Assembly: GCA_963664815.2 (NCBI GenBank)
Contig: CAXXHB010000003.1
Location: forward strand, 2,080,001 to 2,144,000
From: Spirochaetota bacterium
GTDB taxonomy: Bacteria > Spirochaetota > UBA4802 > UBA5550
DNA length: 64,000 nucleotides
Reading direction: 5' to 3'
Under the pieces are notes generated by a model. It made no database searches. It had not been told where the DNA came from and saw only the letters and a program-made list of their open reading frames with translations. The position numbers and the translations under genes were made by a program. Position 1 is the first letter of the stretch. Each line of letters opens with the position of its first letter. Of the stretch, positions 10,350 to 21,800 are shown piece after piece.

Positions 10350-11270
10350 TTACTTAATTCTGGTGATATTGGGATCATCTGGAATAGATATATTACTAGC
10401 ATCAATACCTTTAACAGCCGCAACACTGTTGATTAAGCCTGGAAAATTCTGTACTCCGTAAGTACCCCAGTCAACATCAACTCTTCTATTTTTCTTAGCA
10501 TCTTTATAAATTGCTGCAACATCTTCAGGCGATAATGTAATACCCATAGCATCGGCTGCACCATATACTGTTGAAAGAAATACGCATGCTCCAGAATGTT
10601 CAGGTAATCCAGCTGCTTTTAGTGCATCCATACTCGTCTGATCAATAACCTTTGGATTTTCTGTATTTTCAATCGGATCTCCAATCCAGTCAGCATCTCT
10701 CATAATTTCATTTGTTTCTTCTGTGGGAGTTCCTCTTCTAGCCAATTCATCTGCTTTCTCTTTCGCTGCCTCGTTACCTTCAGCAAGTTTCTGATCTGCC
10801 AAGTCCTGAATTGATTTATCAGTACTATTCACATTCTGTGGATTCTCAGCACTTTCCTTTTCTTCCTTCGCTTTGGTTTCATCAAACTTTACTTCTTCAT
10901 CGGTATTGAACCAGTTGTCATCAATCCAGGTACCCGCATTATCTATTGCTGTCTTTGCTTCCTGTTCTATCTTATCTGCTGTTTTATCTGCTTCAGTTAA
11001 TCCATCTTTCAATGCACCCACTGTATCATATATAGTCTTTTCCCTGTCTTTTATCAGTGCTACTGTCGCGGTATCTACCGTAACTCCGCCTTTCAGTCCT
11101 CCGCTGTATGTATTGTATTGTGATATTGTTACGTCTCTGTTCAGTCCCTCTGCCGATGTTTCCGGTTTGGTTATTGTTATTGTTCCTGCTCCTATTGTGG
11201 CCAGGTTTGTCTGTCTGTTGTCTGTGTATCCGTAGTTTATAGGCGTGACACTGACGATCTTGAATATCAT
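10350..11270 (-). pseudogene. Orphan CdiA-CT, possibly truncated Cys-peptidase/amidase-like tip
   Basis: Trunk NYGYTDNRQ...; unique tip with SGACVFLS helix start. The ATG derives from element A. Confidence 0.6.
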
Positions 11271-11470
11271 TTGGCGTAATGTTTTACGCCCCTAAATGTT
11301 GTTAATATTTTTTATTATATAATAAATGATTATTTCACATTCGTCAGGTCCGGGCTTTCCGCTTGTATAAAACGGCCAATCTGTTGATTTCTATTTACTC
11401 TTTATTGATTGCCGTTTTATATCGCTGCAATCCCTCACGCGGTGTGCTTTTATATTGTTGGTTTTCAAGG
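11240..11470. repeat. Element A, copy 3
   Basis: Same sequence as 2468-2703. Confidence 0.85.
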
Positions 11471-11740
11471 AGCTGAAGTTATTAGTGGATAAATCAAAAA
11501 ATAAAAAACAGAGTATTCGAAAATTCTTTCATTTGCACTCCCTAACTTCAACGATTAAAAAGAAATTATAACTCGCAAGTTTCTCTATCTTTTAATTGTC
11601 AACAAAGCTTGTTTGATACAGTTTTCTTTGCAAATAGCCTTGAATTTTTCTATCATAATCCTAACCAATATTTATTTAAAAACAGTTGTCAATTAATCGA
11701 TTTAAAACGATTTTATTAGAATCACACTAAATAATAAATA

Positions 11741-12280
11741 TTATTCACATTCTTCTATTGGTATAAATTTATATAATTCTTTTACTATCGATTTATCTAT
11801 CTTATATGTTCCAATTTTAATACTTGGTGAATTTCTACTATGTTCAATTATTTTTAAAGCTACACAATCATAGTCATATAAATCAATCTGCAAACCATAA
11901 AATAAGGAATCATTATTATCTGTTATGCATCCAAATATAGTTACATTATCTTGACTGATAGATTTTTGTCCTTTGTGAAATTCACAACTAATTTTTTTTT
12001 TATTTATTGATGAAATATATTCATCAGTTAATAAATTAATGTTTGAATTTATACATAAAAATCTTTTTATTTTTTCAATGAATTCAATTTGATTTTTTAA
12101 ATTTGATAAATATTTTTTATCAATATCTACTTCATTTGAATATATTATCATAACATAACCAAGCTTTACTTCTTGTTTATTACTTTTTATTACATTTGAG
12201 GTATTGCAAAAACACAATAATAAAATAAATATTGTTGATTTACAAATAATATTTATTTTATTATTTCTCACTGGGTTCAT
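11741..12280 (-). CDS. Putative lipoprotein immunity protein
   Basis: Overlaps the toxin stop; hydrophobic leader ending LLLCFC. Confidence 0.65.
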   Translation of the reverse strand: MNPVRNNKINIICKSTIFILLLCFCNTSNVIKSNKQEVKLGYVMIIYSNEVDIDKKYLSNLKNQIEFIEKIKRFLCINSNINLLTDEYISSINKKKISCEFHKGQKSISQDNVTIFGCITDNNDSLFYGLQIDLYDYDCVALKIIEHSRNSPSIKIGTYKIDKSIVKELYKFIPIEECE

Positions 12281-13505
12281 ATCCTGATATAGTGTGATTT
12301 ACGTCACTTTGTCTTAATGGTAGTTTTAATTCTGAGCGAATTCTGTTTTCATTTTCTATTGCATTTCCCATACCATAATCTACGATTTGTGGAATTGCAT
12401 GTCCCACTAATTCATGCATTAAAGTATCAGCCATATCAACTGATAAAATATTATTATTCTTATCTTTAATTTTATTTGCAATATTATCTGGCATTTTTTC
12501 GGATGATACGATAACTGCGCTTAATTGTTCTGGTATTACTTCAGTTGTAACACCACCACCATACCAATCCATAACATTTCTTTCTGTATAAACAATTGAT
12601 CCATCAACTTTTCTTCTATAACCGCTATCCACCTTTTTTTCATCATTAATATCTAAAGTAATTTCACCTTCGCTTGCTATCGCTTCATTCAATTTTTTAC
12701 TATATTCTGAAGAACCTTCATCGCCTAACAATCTAGCGAAAAATCCTTTTTCTTGACTTATCTGCTTTAATTCGTTATTCTCATCAAATTTATATTCTCC
12801 CAGAGTATATTTATTAATATAATTTTCCAATTTAGTATTATTCTCTTTATTTCTTGAAATTATTCTCGGCACAACTCCATTCCCTTCAGTGGTATCCAAT
12901 TTATTTGCTTTCTTTGTACCAGCACTTAAATAATCCGCATTTGAATCATTCCAGCTGTTGATTTTAAAATCTGGTGACGATGTAGTTGAATCTGTTGAAG
13001 CTGTTTCTGAAAACCTGTTCCATAAATTTCCTGCCTGTTCTCCACGTGAAGATGCAAGTATTAGCTGCTGTCCTGCATCAAGGTCCAGCCCATTAGTGGT
13101 GTTATCCTTCCTCTGGGCTTCCCAGAAGAGTGATGTAATAATATCTCCACCCTTTGATATATCTGTTCCTTCGGTATTCAGATATGTTTCATTATTATTC
13201 TGGTCATATGCTGCTGCATATCCATTCATCGCGTTATCTGTTTTATCACCCTGATACAGGTTTACATGAGATATTTTATCATCCTTAACTCCATCGCTGC
13301 TCTGAACAGTTTCAGAAACCTTATTAACCGCTTCTCCCAATGATGCCGCATCTTTATCAAGTGCATTATCGAGTTTTTCAGCTAAAGCCTTGTTCTCTGC
13401 CAGGGCTGCTATTGTTAATACATCCTTACGGGCATTAATTACAGCCTCGAGTGTACCCGCGAATCCAAGACCTTCTTTAGCTTTGGCAGTTTCTGTTGCC
13501 TCTTC
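12261..13505 (-). pseudogene. Orphan type-B module with HEXXH-type metallopeptidase tip
   Basis: LMHELVGH...ENENRIRSELKLPLR pattern of polymorphic-toxin zincins. Confidence 0.75.
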
Positions 13506-13626
13506 AACATCTGCCCGTATACAATCCTGAGAAAACGGTTTTTCCGGTATATAACAGAAAAAAAATTACTTTCAAAGATCAATAATTAACTGATTAGTGT
13601 TATAGAACACAAAATTATAATGTCAA
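13506..13626 (-). promoter_or_regulatory. Element B with TTGACA-N16-TATAAC (13626-13599)
   Basis: Hexamers and 16-bp spacing kept although the spacer sequence differs. Confidence 0.7.
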
Positions 13627-13740
13627 TATAACATTTGCTATAACCATAACAGCCATTACTCAAACAGTGTCGAATGAAGGTACTTTTTGTAAACTTAACA
13701 ACTATACCAACCAATAACTCCCAGTTATTGATCTACGGTT

Positions 13741-14358
13741 TTAAATCTTTATTTTAAAAAATGGTGTAAAAAAAACTTTACCTTCTTTTCTTTTTAATAA
13801 TGCCGATTTCTCTATAATATGTATTTTGCCTTTAATTGACAAAGTAAGTTTGATATGAAAATTTACTGTTTTCAAATCAGATGTATCTTCGTATAGATAC
13901 ATTATATAATAAAATAATGGGCTATTGCTCAAAGACGGTTTACTATCAACATATTTTTTTTCGTTATTAAAAGAAATGACCGATTCTGATGGAACTACAT
14001 CTGGTTTTACAATAATGCTTTTAAATGGGAAGATTGTATTATTTTCACCTCTTAATTCGACATGACAATCTATAATTTTACTTATAGGTTCATTTTTATT
14101 ACTATTTGGTCCTTTGATTTCAATATATGTTTGTTCATAGCTAATCATTTCTTTAGTAACAGAATGTCCATGAATATCGGGATATGATGGGTATGTCCCG
14201 ATATATTTGATACTAACTTTACAACCATCTTCATTAAACAATTCAATATAACTTTTGTTATTCTCGTCAACATAATCTAAAACTGAGTAAATACATGTAC
14301 AACCTGAAAATAAAAGAAGTGATAGTATTATTGCATATAATAATTTAATCCATTTCAT
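13741..14358 (-). CDS. Lipoprotein, probable orphan immunity
   Basis: Lipobox-like FSGC, RBS GGAG; no toxin ORF upstream. Confidence 0.7.
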   Translation of the reverse strand: MKWIKLLYAIILSLLLFSGCTCIYSVLDYVDENNKSYIELFNEDGCKVSIKYIGTYPSYPDIHGHSVTKEMISYEQTYIEIKGPNSNKNEPISKIIDCHVELRGENNTIFPFKSIIVKPDVVPSESVISFNNEKKYVDSKPSLSNSPLFYYIMYLYEDTSDLKTVNFHIKLTLSIKGKIHIIEKSALLKRKEGKVFFTPFFKIKI

Positions 14359-14427
14359 AATTTGTTCTCCACTTTTGCAGCTTCTTTCTTACTACCAATC
14401 AATGTTCCATGCGACAACTATCTTGGC

Positions 14428-14523
14428 ACATAGGGTTTTCATTTAACTATTTATTGATTGCCGTTTTATATCGCTGCAATCCCTCACGCGGTGTGCTTTT
14501 ATATTGTTGGTTTTCAAGGAACT
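14428..14523. repeat. Element A, right half
   Basis: TTATTGATTGCCGTTTTATATCGCTGCAATCCCTCACGCGGTGTG. Confidence 0.75.
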
Positions 14524-14640
14524 TTTTCATTTACACGATATGTGACGTAGAAAGGAACTACAAGTCTACATTATCAGAAATTTATAATTCTTAAAATAAA
14601 ATCGATTTACATTCCATGGTTTCGTTATTCGTTAGTTGAA

Positions 14641-15048
14641 TTATAATTTATCAATTTCCATTTCAGAAAAAAATAAATGAAATGGAACTTTTTCTTTAGA
14701 CCAATAATCTACAACAGTTAACCAACTTTCTATTAATTTACCAGCTGTCATCGGACATCTTTGCCATATTTTTTTTGAATTAAGTATAACTAATATCAAT
14801 CCCTCTTTTAATTCAAGCCAGTCAAGATCTCGTAGGCATTCATCCAATGCATCCCAATTTTTCCCAAAATAATCAGGAAATTTCATTACATTTGCAATTG
14901 AATTAAATAGATCTTTATCATTTTCTATAGAATTATTATCAATTATTAAAATATTAAAATTATTATAATTCTCTTTTAAATAATTATTTATATTATCAGT
15001 TGTAAAATGAATACAGTCATACAAATATTTTTCTAATTTATTTATCAT
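14641..15048 (-). CDS. Barstar-family immunity protein
   Basis: FPDYFGKNWDALDECLRDL barstar signature. Confidence 0.92.
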   Translation of the reverse strand: MINKLEKYLYDCIHFTTDNINNYLKENYNNFNILIIDNNSIENDKDLFNSIANVMKFPDYFGKNWDALDECLRDLDWLELKEGLILVILNSKKIWQRCPMTAGKLIESWLTVVDYWSKEKVPFHLFFSEMEIDKL

Positions 15049-15050
15049 TT

Positions 15051-17849
15051 TTATTTTTTCTTTGGATTTATTTGTATAAAATTTTCATAGTGGTCATCAG
15101 TATAATATGTATTACCACTATTTTGATCTACTAAAATTCTACGAGTTCCTCTATTAGATGCGCCTGGTGTATTAACTGTATATTCTCTATAATCACCATC
15201 AGCTGGTAATTTTTTTTTGTCATTTCTAAAAAGAGTTCCATCTTTTTTATAACAAAAGTTATCTCCTTGCTCAATTCTATCAAGAGTTTTATTAATTTCA
15301 GTCAAGCGATCTGAATCTTTAAATGGAAGATTTCTTTCCACAAGGTTAGCAGCATCTTCCGTTTCATTAACAATTTGTTTTTCTACCTTTCCAAAAACAT
15401 TTCCTGCAGCTTCAGAAAGCCCTACGTCAGCAACACTTATATGTTCAGGTATATTGTCTGCTGCTTCCTTAAACACTACACCTAAAGCTAAATTGAATGC
15501 CTGCTTCAACGTACTATCAGAATTTCCAGCGTCTGCAATTGATTCAATCGAGTTTTCAGTTAATTTGTCTTTAACTATACGTAATAGTTTTGCATCAGGA
15601 GAATTGGAATCAGTATTATCAATCCCCATTGTATTAACTGTTCCAGAAAGATTGACAACATTATTTGCTATCTCATTTCCCTGCTGTATCTCCGCATCTC
15701 TTAAACTTGAATTTACCGCCAGCTGCTTAGCATAAGCTATCTCCGCCCTTTCCTCCGCAAACCTAACTTTAATTGCATATGCCGCATCAGGATCAAGCTT
15801 TTCAAGCAGCGCTATCTTGGCATTTATTACCAGTGCACCATCTTTTGTATATGTGTCAAGAATATCCTGCTTCAGATTATTTGCTACTTCTTTGGTTCTT
15901 TCTTTAATTGCATTCTTTTTATCGCACTGTTCTTCATCTGTCAATGGTTCTCCGACAGCTTTTTTTAACTCATAATAATCAAGCTTCTCCTGCGCACTTA
16001 CAGGTTTCCCGTTTTCAACCTTCTTCTCGTATTCATCCATTGTCTGGTATGATGATACATTTTTATTTTCTGTATAGTGGTCAAATTTTAACAGGTTCTC
16101 AGTCTTCTCTATTGTTGTTTCAATTTCCTTATCTATCTTATCTGCTGTTTTATCTGCTTCTTTTAATCCATCTTTCAATGCATCCACTGTATTATTTAAA
16201 GTCTTTTCCCTGTCGTTTATCAGTTCTACTGTCGCCGTATCTACCGTAACTCCGCCTTTCAGTCCTCCGCTGTATGTATTGTATTGTGATATTGTTACAT
16301 CTCTGTTAAGTCCCTCTTCCGATGTTTCCGGTTTGGTTATTGTTATTGTTCCTGCTCCTATTGTTGCCAGGTTTGTCTGTCTGTTGTCTGTGTAGCCGTA
16401 GTTTAAGCTTGAACTGTACGTATTTTCTGTTGGTTTGAAGCTGCCGCCTGCGCTTCCACCTGCATTGAAAGATACGTCCTTGTCCTTTATGTTGCTGAAC
16501 TCGAGGCTTCCGGTTGTAAGTGTCAGGTTATCTGTTGTTGATGCTATTACTGCACCTTTAAGGGTTGTCTTGTCTTCAACGTCTACGTTTACTGTCCCGC
16601 CGGTTAGGGATGTCTGTTCTGTTACCCAGCTTTTCTTCCCCGTGGAGAAGTTTGCGTTTACTCCGGCATTTCCCGATACGTTTTCGCCTGTTACACTTAC
16701 TCCACCGCTTGCGCCTATGGTCTGCGAGCTGTTTTTGCTCTTATCCTGCAGTGATTGTACCACAAGGGAGCCGTTTACATCAAGGTCAAGTTCGTTTTTC
16801 GCCTTTACCACTCCGCCGATTACGGTTGTGTCTTCGCTGCTCTTTATTTTTATGTTGTTTCCGCTTAAATGTGCGTTGGTATATGTTTTGCTTTCGCTAT
16901 CTGTCTCCGTGCTGTCTGCTGATGCATTAACTCCAATTGCTCCCGATGTTCCGAAACTTACCTTCATGTTGGCATGTTTCTTATCTTCGCTGCTGCTCTC
17001 TCTGTTCTCCGCCGCGCTTATCTCCACATTCTCTGCGTCAAGGGTTATATCCTCACCGGCTGCCACGCTGCTCCCCTTTACCTCCGCTTTGCTCCCCGCT
17101 GTTACGGTAAAGCTCCCTCCGGTTTTTATTGTCGATGCCTTTGCAGTTGTGCTTTCCGATGTCGATTTTGTTTTTGTGGCGTCTATTTCAAACTGGGCAT
17201 CTCCGCTGAAGCCGAATGTCTCTGCAGATCCCGCCGCCCCCGCTGCGCTTTGCAGCAGTGCCGCTGTCTTTGCTACCACGTTCTCCCCGCAGAGCGCTAT
17301 ATTCGCAATGTAAAAGGCCTCCTGCTCTCTTATTGAATCCAGATCATCCTGGTCTATAAGGTTGTTTTTATGGTCATCTTCCGCTTTCTTCAGGCTCTCC
17401 CTGTATTTCTCATAATCATTCTTTGCCTTTACAACTGCTTCCTTTGCCTCTACCAATGCCTTTGTTGCGTATGCCACATCAGTTGCGGCATTCTTTCCAC
17501 CCACTGAAAATTCCACGCTTCCGTGAGTCTCTTCTGCTGTATGGCTTGTCTTCTCTTCTGTTGTCTTTATACTTACGTTTTCTGCCGCCGTAAGGGTTAC
17601 ATCTCCACCGGCATTTATCTCAGATCCAGCTACTGTTATATTCTTTCCGCTGTTTACCGTAAGGTCTTCCGATACATTAAGTTTGGATGAGCTCTGTGTC
17701 TCCCTGTCTGTCCTCTCCTTTACACTGTCGTAGCTCCCCCCTGCAAGCGTTACAGAAGCTCTCCCCTGGTCATAGTCAAAGGCGTTTTTGGGGTTGGTAA
17801 ACAGGTCCATGTTTATCCCCATTGTGGTCTTTTCATGGATGCTGTATTC
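15051..17849 (-). pseudogene. Long orphan CdiA with barnase/RNase Sa-like tip (ORF 15051-17822)
   Basis: FRN...LP...YREYTV.TPG..NRGTRRI...YYTDDHYENF; ~700 aa near-identical to the cdiA trunk; no TPS domain. Confidence 0.88.
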
Positions 17850-17852
17850 TAT

Positions 17853-17935
17853 TATGGGCGTGACACTGACGATTTAAATTGTCATGGGCGTAATGTTTTA
17901 CGCCCATACATGTTGTTAATATTTTTTATTATACA
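17853..17935. repeat. Element A, REP-like pair only
   Basis: TGGGCGTGACACTGACG...GGGCGTAATGTTTTACGCCCATAC. Confidence 0.75.
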
Positions 17936-18241
17936 TCAATATTTTTCCTGCAACACGGAGAAATTAAAAACTATATCCATTATCTTGAAAAAATGAAGTC
18001 ATTCTATAAAAAATTCACTTGCTTTAGTAGTATAATTATATTTCATTATTAAACCAAAATGTATTTTTCTTCCTTTTGCTTTTTCATATTTATAAAATAA
18101 TTCATTACTTTCTATATTGCTTAAATATTAATTCATCCTCCTAATCATGATCATCTAATATTGACAAAACAAGTTCTTCTGTTTTCTTACCAAGACCAAT
18201 TAAATCAATAACATCTTTTTTTAATAGCCATATTATTTTTT

Positions 18242-18844
18242 TCAATCAGTATTATATTTTCTCTGTTTAATCAATGGATCAATATATTTATTAATAATTG
18301 GAATCAGATGTAAATTTCTTAACACTACAACACCTTCACTACACCCTTTAGAAATTTCCTTTTCATCACAATCTGGATTTTTTAAAATTACTAATTGCCC
18401 ACAATCATTTAACGGATTATTTCCGAAATAATTATGTCCGTCAACAGTTAATTGCTTTTTGCATTTATCATTATATTGGATGTCTTTATAATAACGTATT
18501 CTATAATTTTTCCCTTCATACCTGAAATTTAATAAATATCTATCCCCATAACCACCAATGAAAGAAGTTTCTCCATAATTTATCTTTAATGCATCACAAA
18601 TTTCCTTTATTATTTTTTTATCTTTTAAATTGGCATTTTTAGCCGTTTTACCCCAATTGTATATAACATTTATTTCATCTATTTTATTACTATCTGCCAT
18701 TAAAAATACAAATTCACTTTCAGCAATTCGAATTTCCTCTTTTGAATGTAATTTATAAAGATGGACAAATAATGCAATGACAGCACCACCAACTCCTATT
18801 AAACCGAATATAGTTGAAGTTTTAATTTTTAATTTCATATTCAT
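18242..18844 (-). CDS. cdiI: Cognate immunity of second CdiA (N-terminal TM, Cys-containing exported domain)
   Basis: Starts 3 bp after the cdiA stop. Confidence 0.7.
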   Translation of the reverse strand: MNMKLKIKTSTIFGLIGVGGAVIALFVHLYKLHSKEEIRIAESEFVFLMADSNKIDEINVIYNWGKTAKNANLKDKKIIKEICDALKINYGETSFIGGYGDRYLLNFRYEGKNYRIRYYKDIQYNDKCKKQLTVDGHNYFGNNPLNDCGQLVILKNPDCDEKEISKGCSEGVVVLRNLHLIPIINKYIDPLIKQRKYNTD

Positions 18845-18847
18845 ATA

Positions 18848-21800
18848 TTATTCGGATAAATATCCCTTAGTATTTCCGATATTTCGTGTATAAGTAGGAT
18901 AATATCCTCCTGATGACCAACCCAGGCCAGTACCGAAATCAACGCCTATAGTTTTTCCTGAATATGATCTTTCGTAATTAACTGAAGCTGAAGTGCCTGG
19001 AATAGATAAGGTATAATTATTAGAAAATTGAAGCATATCATCATATGCATTATTCATATTTTCAATTTTTTCGCCCTGTGTTGTTTTCATTGTCTCATAA
19101 ACACCTGCAGATTGCACATATGCAACTGGATAATCAGTAGTTTTATCAGAAATTAAGTCTTGATTACCAACAACAGCAGTAGCATTATATGTAGCATAAC
19201 CCATACTATCAACAGAATTAAGTGCATCATGAATAAGGTTTCCTACTAATGGCCCAACAACTGGCATTGTTACTGTATAAGATAAACCTATCACTTGTTT
19301 TATTAATGAATCTTGGCTATTATCGACCTGCAACATAACTCCTCCTTCAATTCCTCCACTCAAAGCCATTCCTGGTCTTCCATATGTTGCATTAGCACCA
19401 ATTCCATATGTTTTATAAACTATTGATTTTTGATTATCTTCTTCTTGCTGTTCAACTATTTCTCTAATATTTGTAAGTGTTTGCATTGACTGGTTATAAA
19501 TTTCATCAGAACTATCTTTCGCCTGAGCTAAATTATTCGCCGCCCTCTCCTTCGCGAACTTAACCTCAATCGCATGTGCCGCATCAGGGTCAATCTCTTT
19601 AAGCAGCGCTATCTTGGCATTTATTACAACCGCAGTATCTTTCGTATATGTATCAAGAATATCCTTTGACAGACTATTTGATAGCTCCTGCTTTACAGTT
19701 TTGTAAGCATTCAGCATATCCATCTGCTCATCGGGGCTCAGTGCTTCTCCGACAAGGTTTTTTGATCCGTAATATGCAAGTGTCTCTGATGCACTTACAG
19801 GTTTCCCGTTTTCAACCTTCTTCTCGTATTCATCCATTGTCTGGAATGATGATACATTTTTATCTTCTGTATAGTGGTCAAATTTTAACAGGTTCTCAGT
19901 CTTCTCAATTGTTGTTTCAATTTCCTTATCTACCTTCTTCGCTGTTTTCTCTGCTTCAGTTAATCCACTTTCCAATGCACCCACTGTATCATATATAGTC
20001 TTTTCCCTGTCTTTTATCAGTTCTACTGTTGCGGTATCTACCGTAACTCCGCCTTTCAGTCCTCCGCTGTATGTATTGTATTGTGATATTGTTACATCTC
20101 TGTTAAGTCCCTCTGCCGATGTTTCCGGTTTGGTTATTGTTATTGTTCCTGCTCCTATTGTGGCCAGGTTTGTCTGTCTGTTGTCTGTGTAGCCGTAGTT
20201 TAAGCTTGAACTGTACGTATTTTCTGTTGGTTTGAAGCTGCCGCTTGCGCTTCCACCTGCATTGAAAGATACGTCCTTGTCCTTTATGTTGCTGAACTCA
20301 AGGCTTCCGGTTGTAAGTGTCAGGTTATCTGTTGTTGATGCTATTACTGCCCCTCTTAGGGTTGTCTTGTCTTCAACGTCTACGTTTACTGTCCCGCCGG
20401 TTAGGGATGTCTGTTCTGTTACCCAGCTTTTCTTCCCCGTGGAGAAGTTTGCGTTTACTCCGGCATTTCCCGATACGTTTTCGCCTGTTACACTTACTCC
20501 CCCGCTTGCGCCTATGGTCTGCGAGCTGTTTTTACTTTTATCCTGCAGTGATTGTACCACAAGGGAACCATTTACATCAAGGTCAAGCTCGTTTTTCGCC
20601 TTTACCACTCCGCCGATTACTGTTGTGTCTTCGCTGCTCTTTATTTTTATGTTGTTTCCGCTTAAATGTGCGTTGGTATATGTTTTGCTTTCGCTATCTG
20701 TCTCCGTGCTGTCTGCTGATGCATTAACTCCAATTGCTCCCGATGTTCCGAAACTTACCTTCATGTTGGCATGTTTCTTATCTTCGCTGCTGCTCTCTCT
20801 GTTCTCCGCCGCGCTTATCTCCACATTCTCTGCGTCAAGGGTTATATCCTCACCGGCTGCCACGCTGCTCCCCTTTACCTCCGCTTTGCTCCCCGCTGTT
20901 ACAGTAAAGCTCCCTCCGGTTTTTATTGTCGATGCCTTTGCAGTTGTGCTTTCCGATGTCGATTTTGTTTTTGTGGCGTCTATTTCAAACTGGGCATCTC
21001 CGCTGAAGCCGAATGTCCCTGCAGATCCCGCCGCCCCCGCTGCGCTTTGCAGCAGCGCTGCTGTCTTTGCAACCACGTTCTCCCCGCAGAGCGCTATATT
21101 CGCAATGTAAAAGGCCTCCTGCTCTCTTATCGAATCCAGATCATCCTGGTCTATAAGGTTGTTTTTATGGTCATCTTCCGCTTTCTTCAGGCTCTCCCTG
21201 TATTTCTCATAATCATTCTTTGCCTTTACAACTGCTTCCTTTGCCTCTACCAGAGCCTTTGTTGCGTATGCCACATCCGTTGCGGCATTCTTGCCCCCAA
21301 ACGAAAATTCCACGCTTCCGTGAGTCTCTTCTGCTGTATGGCTTGTCTTCTCTTCTGTTGTCTTTATACTTACGTTTTCTGCCGCCGTAAGGGTTACATC
21401 TCCACCGGTATTTATCTCAGATCCAGCTACTGTTATATTCTTTCCGCTGTTTACCGTAAGGTCTTCCGATACATTAAGTTTTGATGAGCTCTGTGTCTCC
21501 CTGTCTGTCCTCTCCTTTACACTGTCGTAGCTCCCCCCTGCAAGCGTTACTGACGCTCTCCCCTGGTCATAGTCAAAGGCGTTTTTGGGGTTGGTAAACA
21601 GGTCCATGTTTATCCCCATTGTGGTCTTTTCATGGATGCTGTATTCGTAGCTTGTCTCTTTTGCGCTTGTTTCTGTAAAACTGCCGGTTGTGTCAAATTC
21701 CGCAATGCCGGCGTTTATGGCGCTCCCCTCCATCAGAAAATCGCCGCCTGTGGATGCTTTAAGTTTTCCGGCAGTTATTGCAGATCCCGCGGCTGTTGTT

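Noticed and set aside
17940-18240. Possible extra gene remnant after the cdiI at 18242
   Set aside because: AT-rich with stops in the candidate frames; no supportable call.
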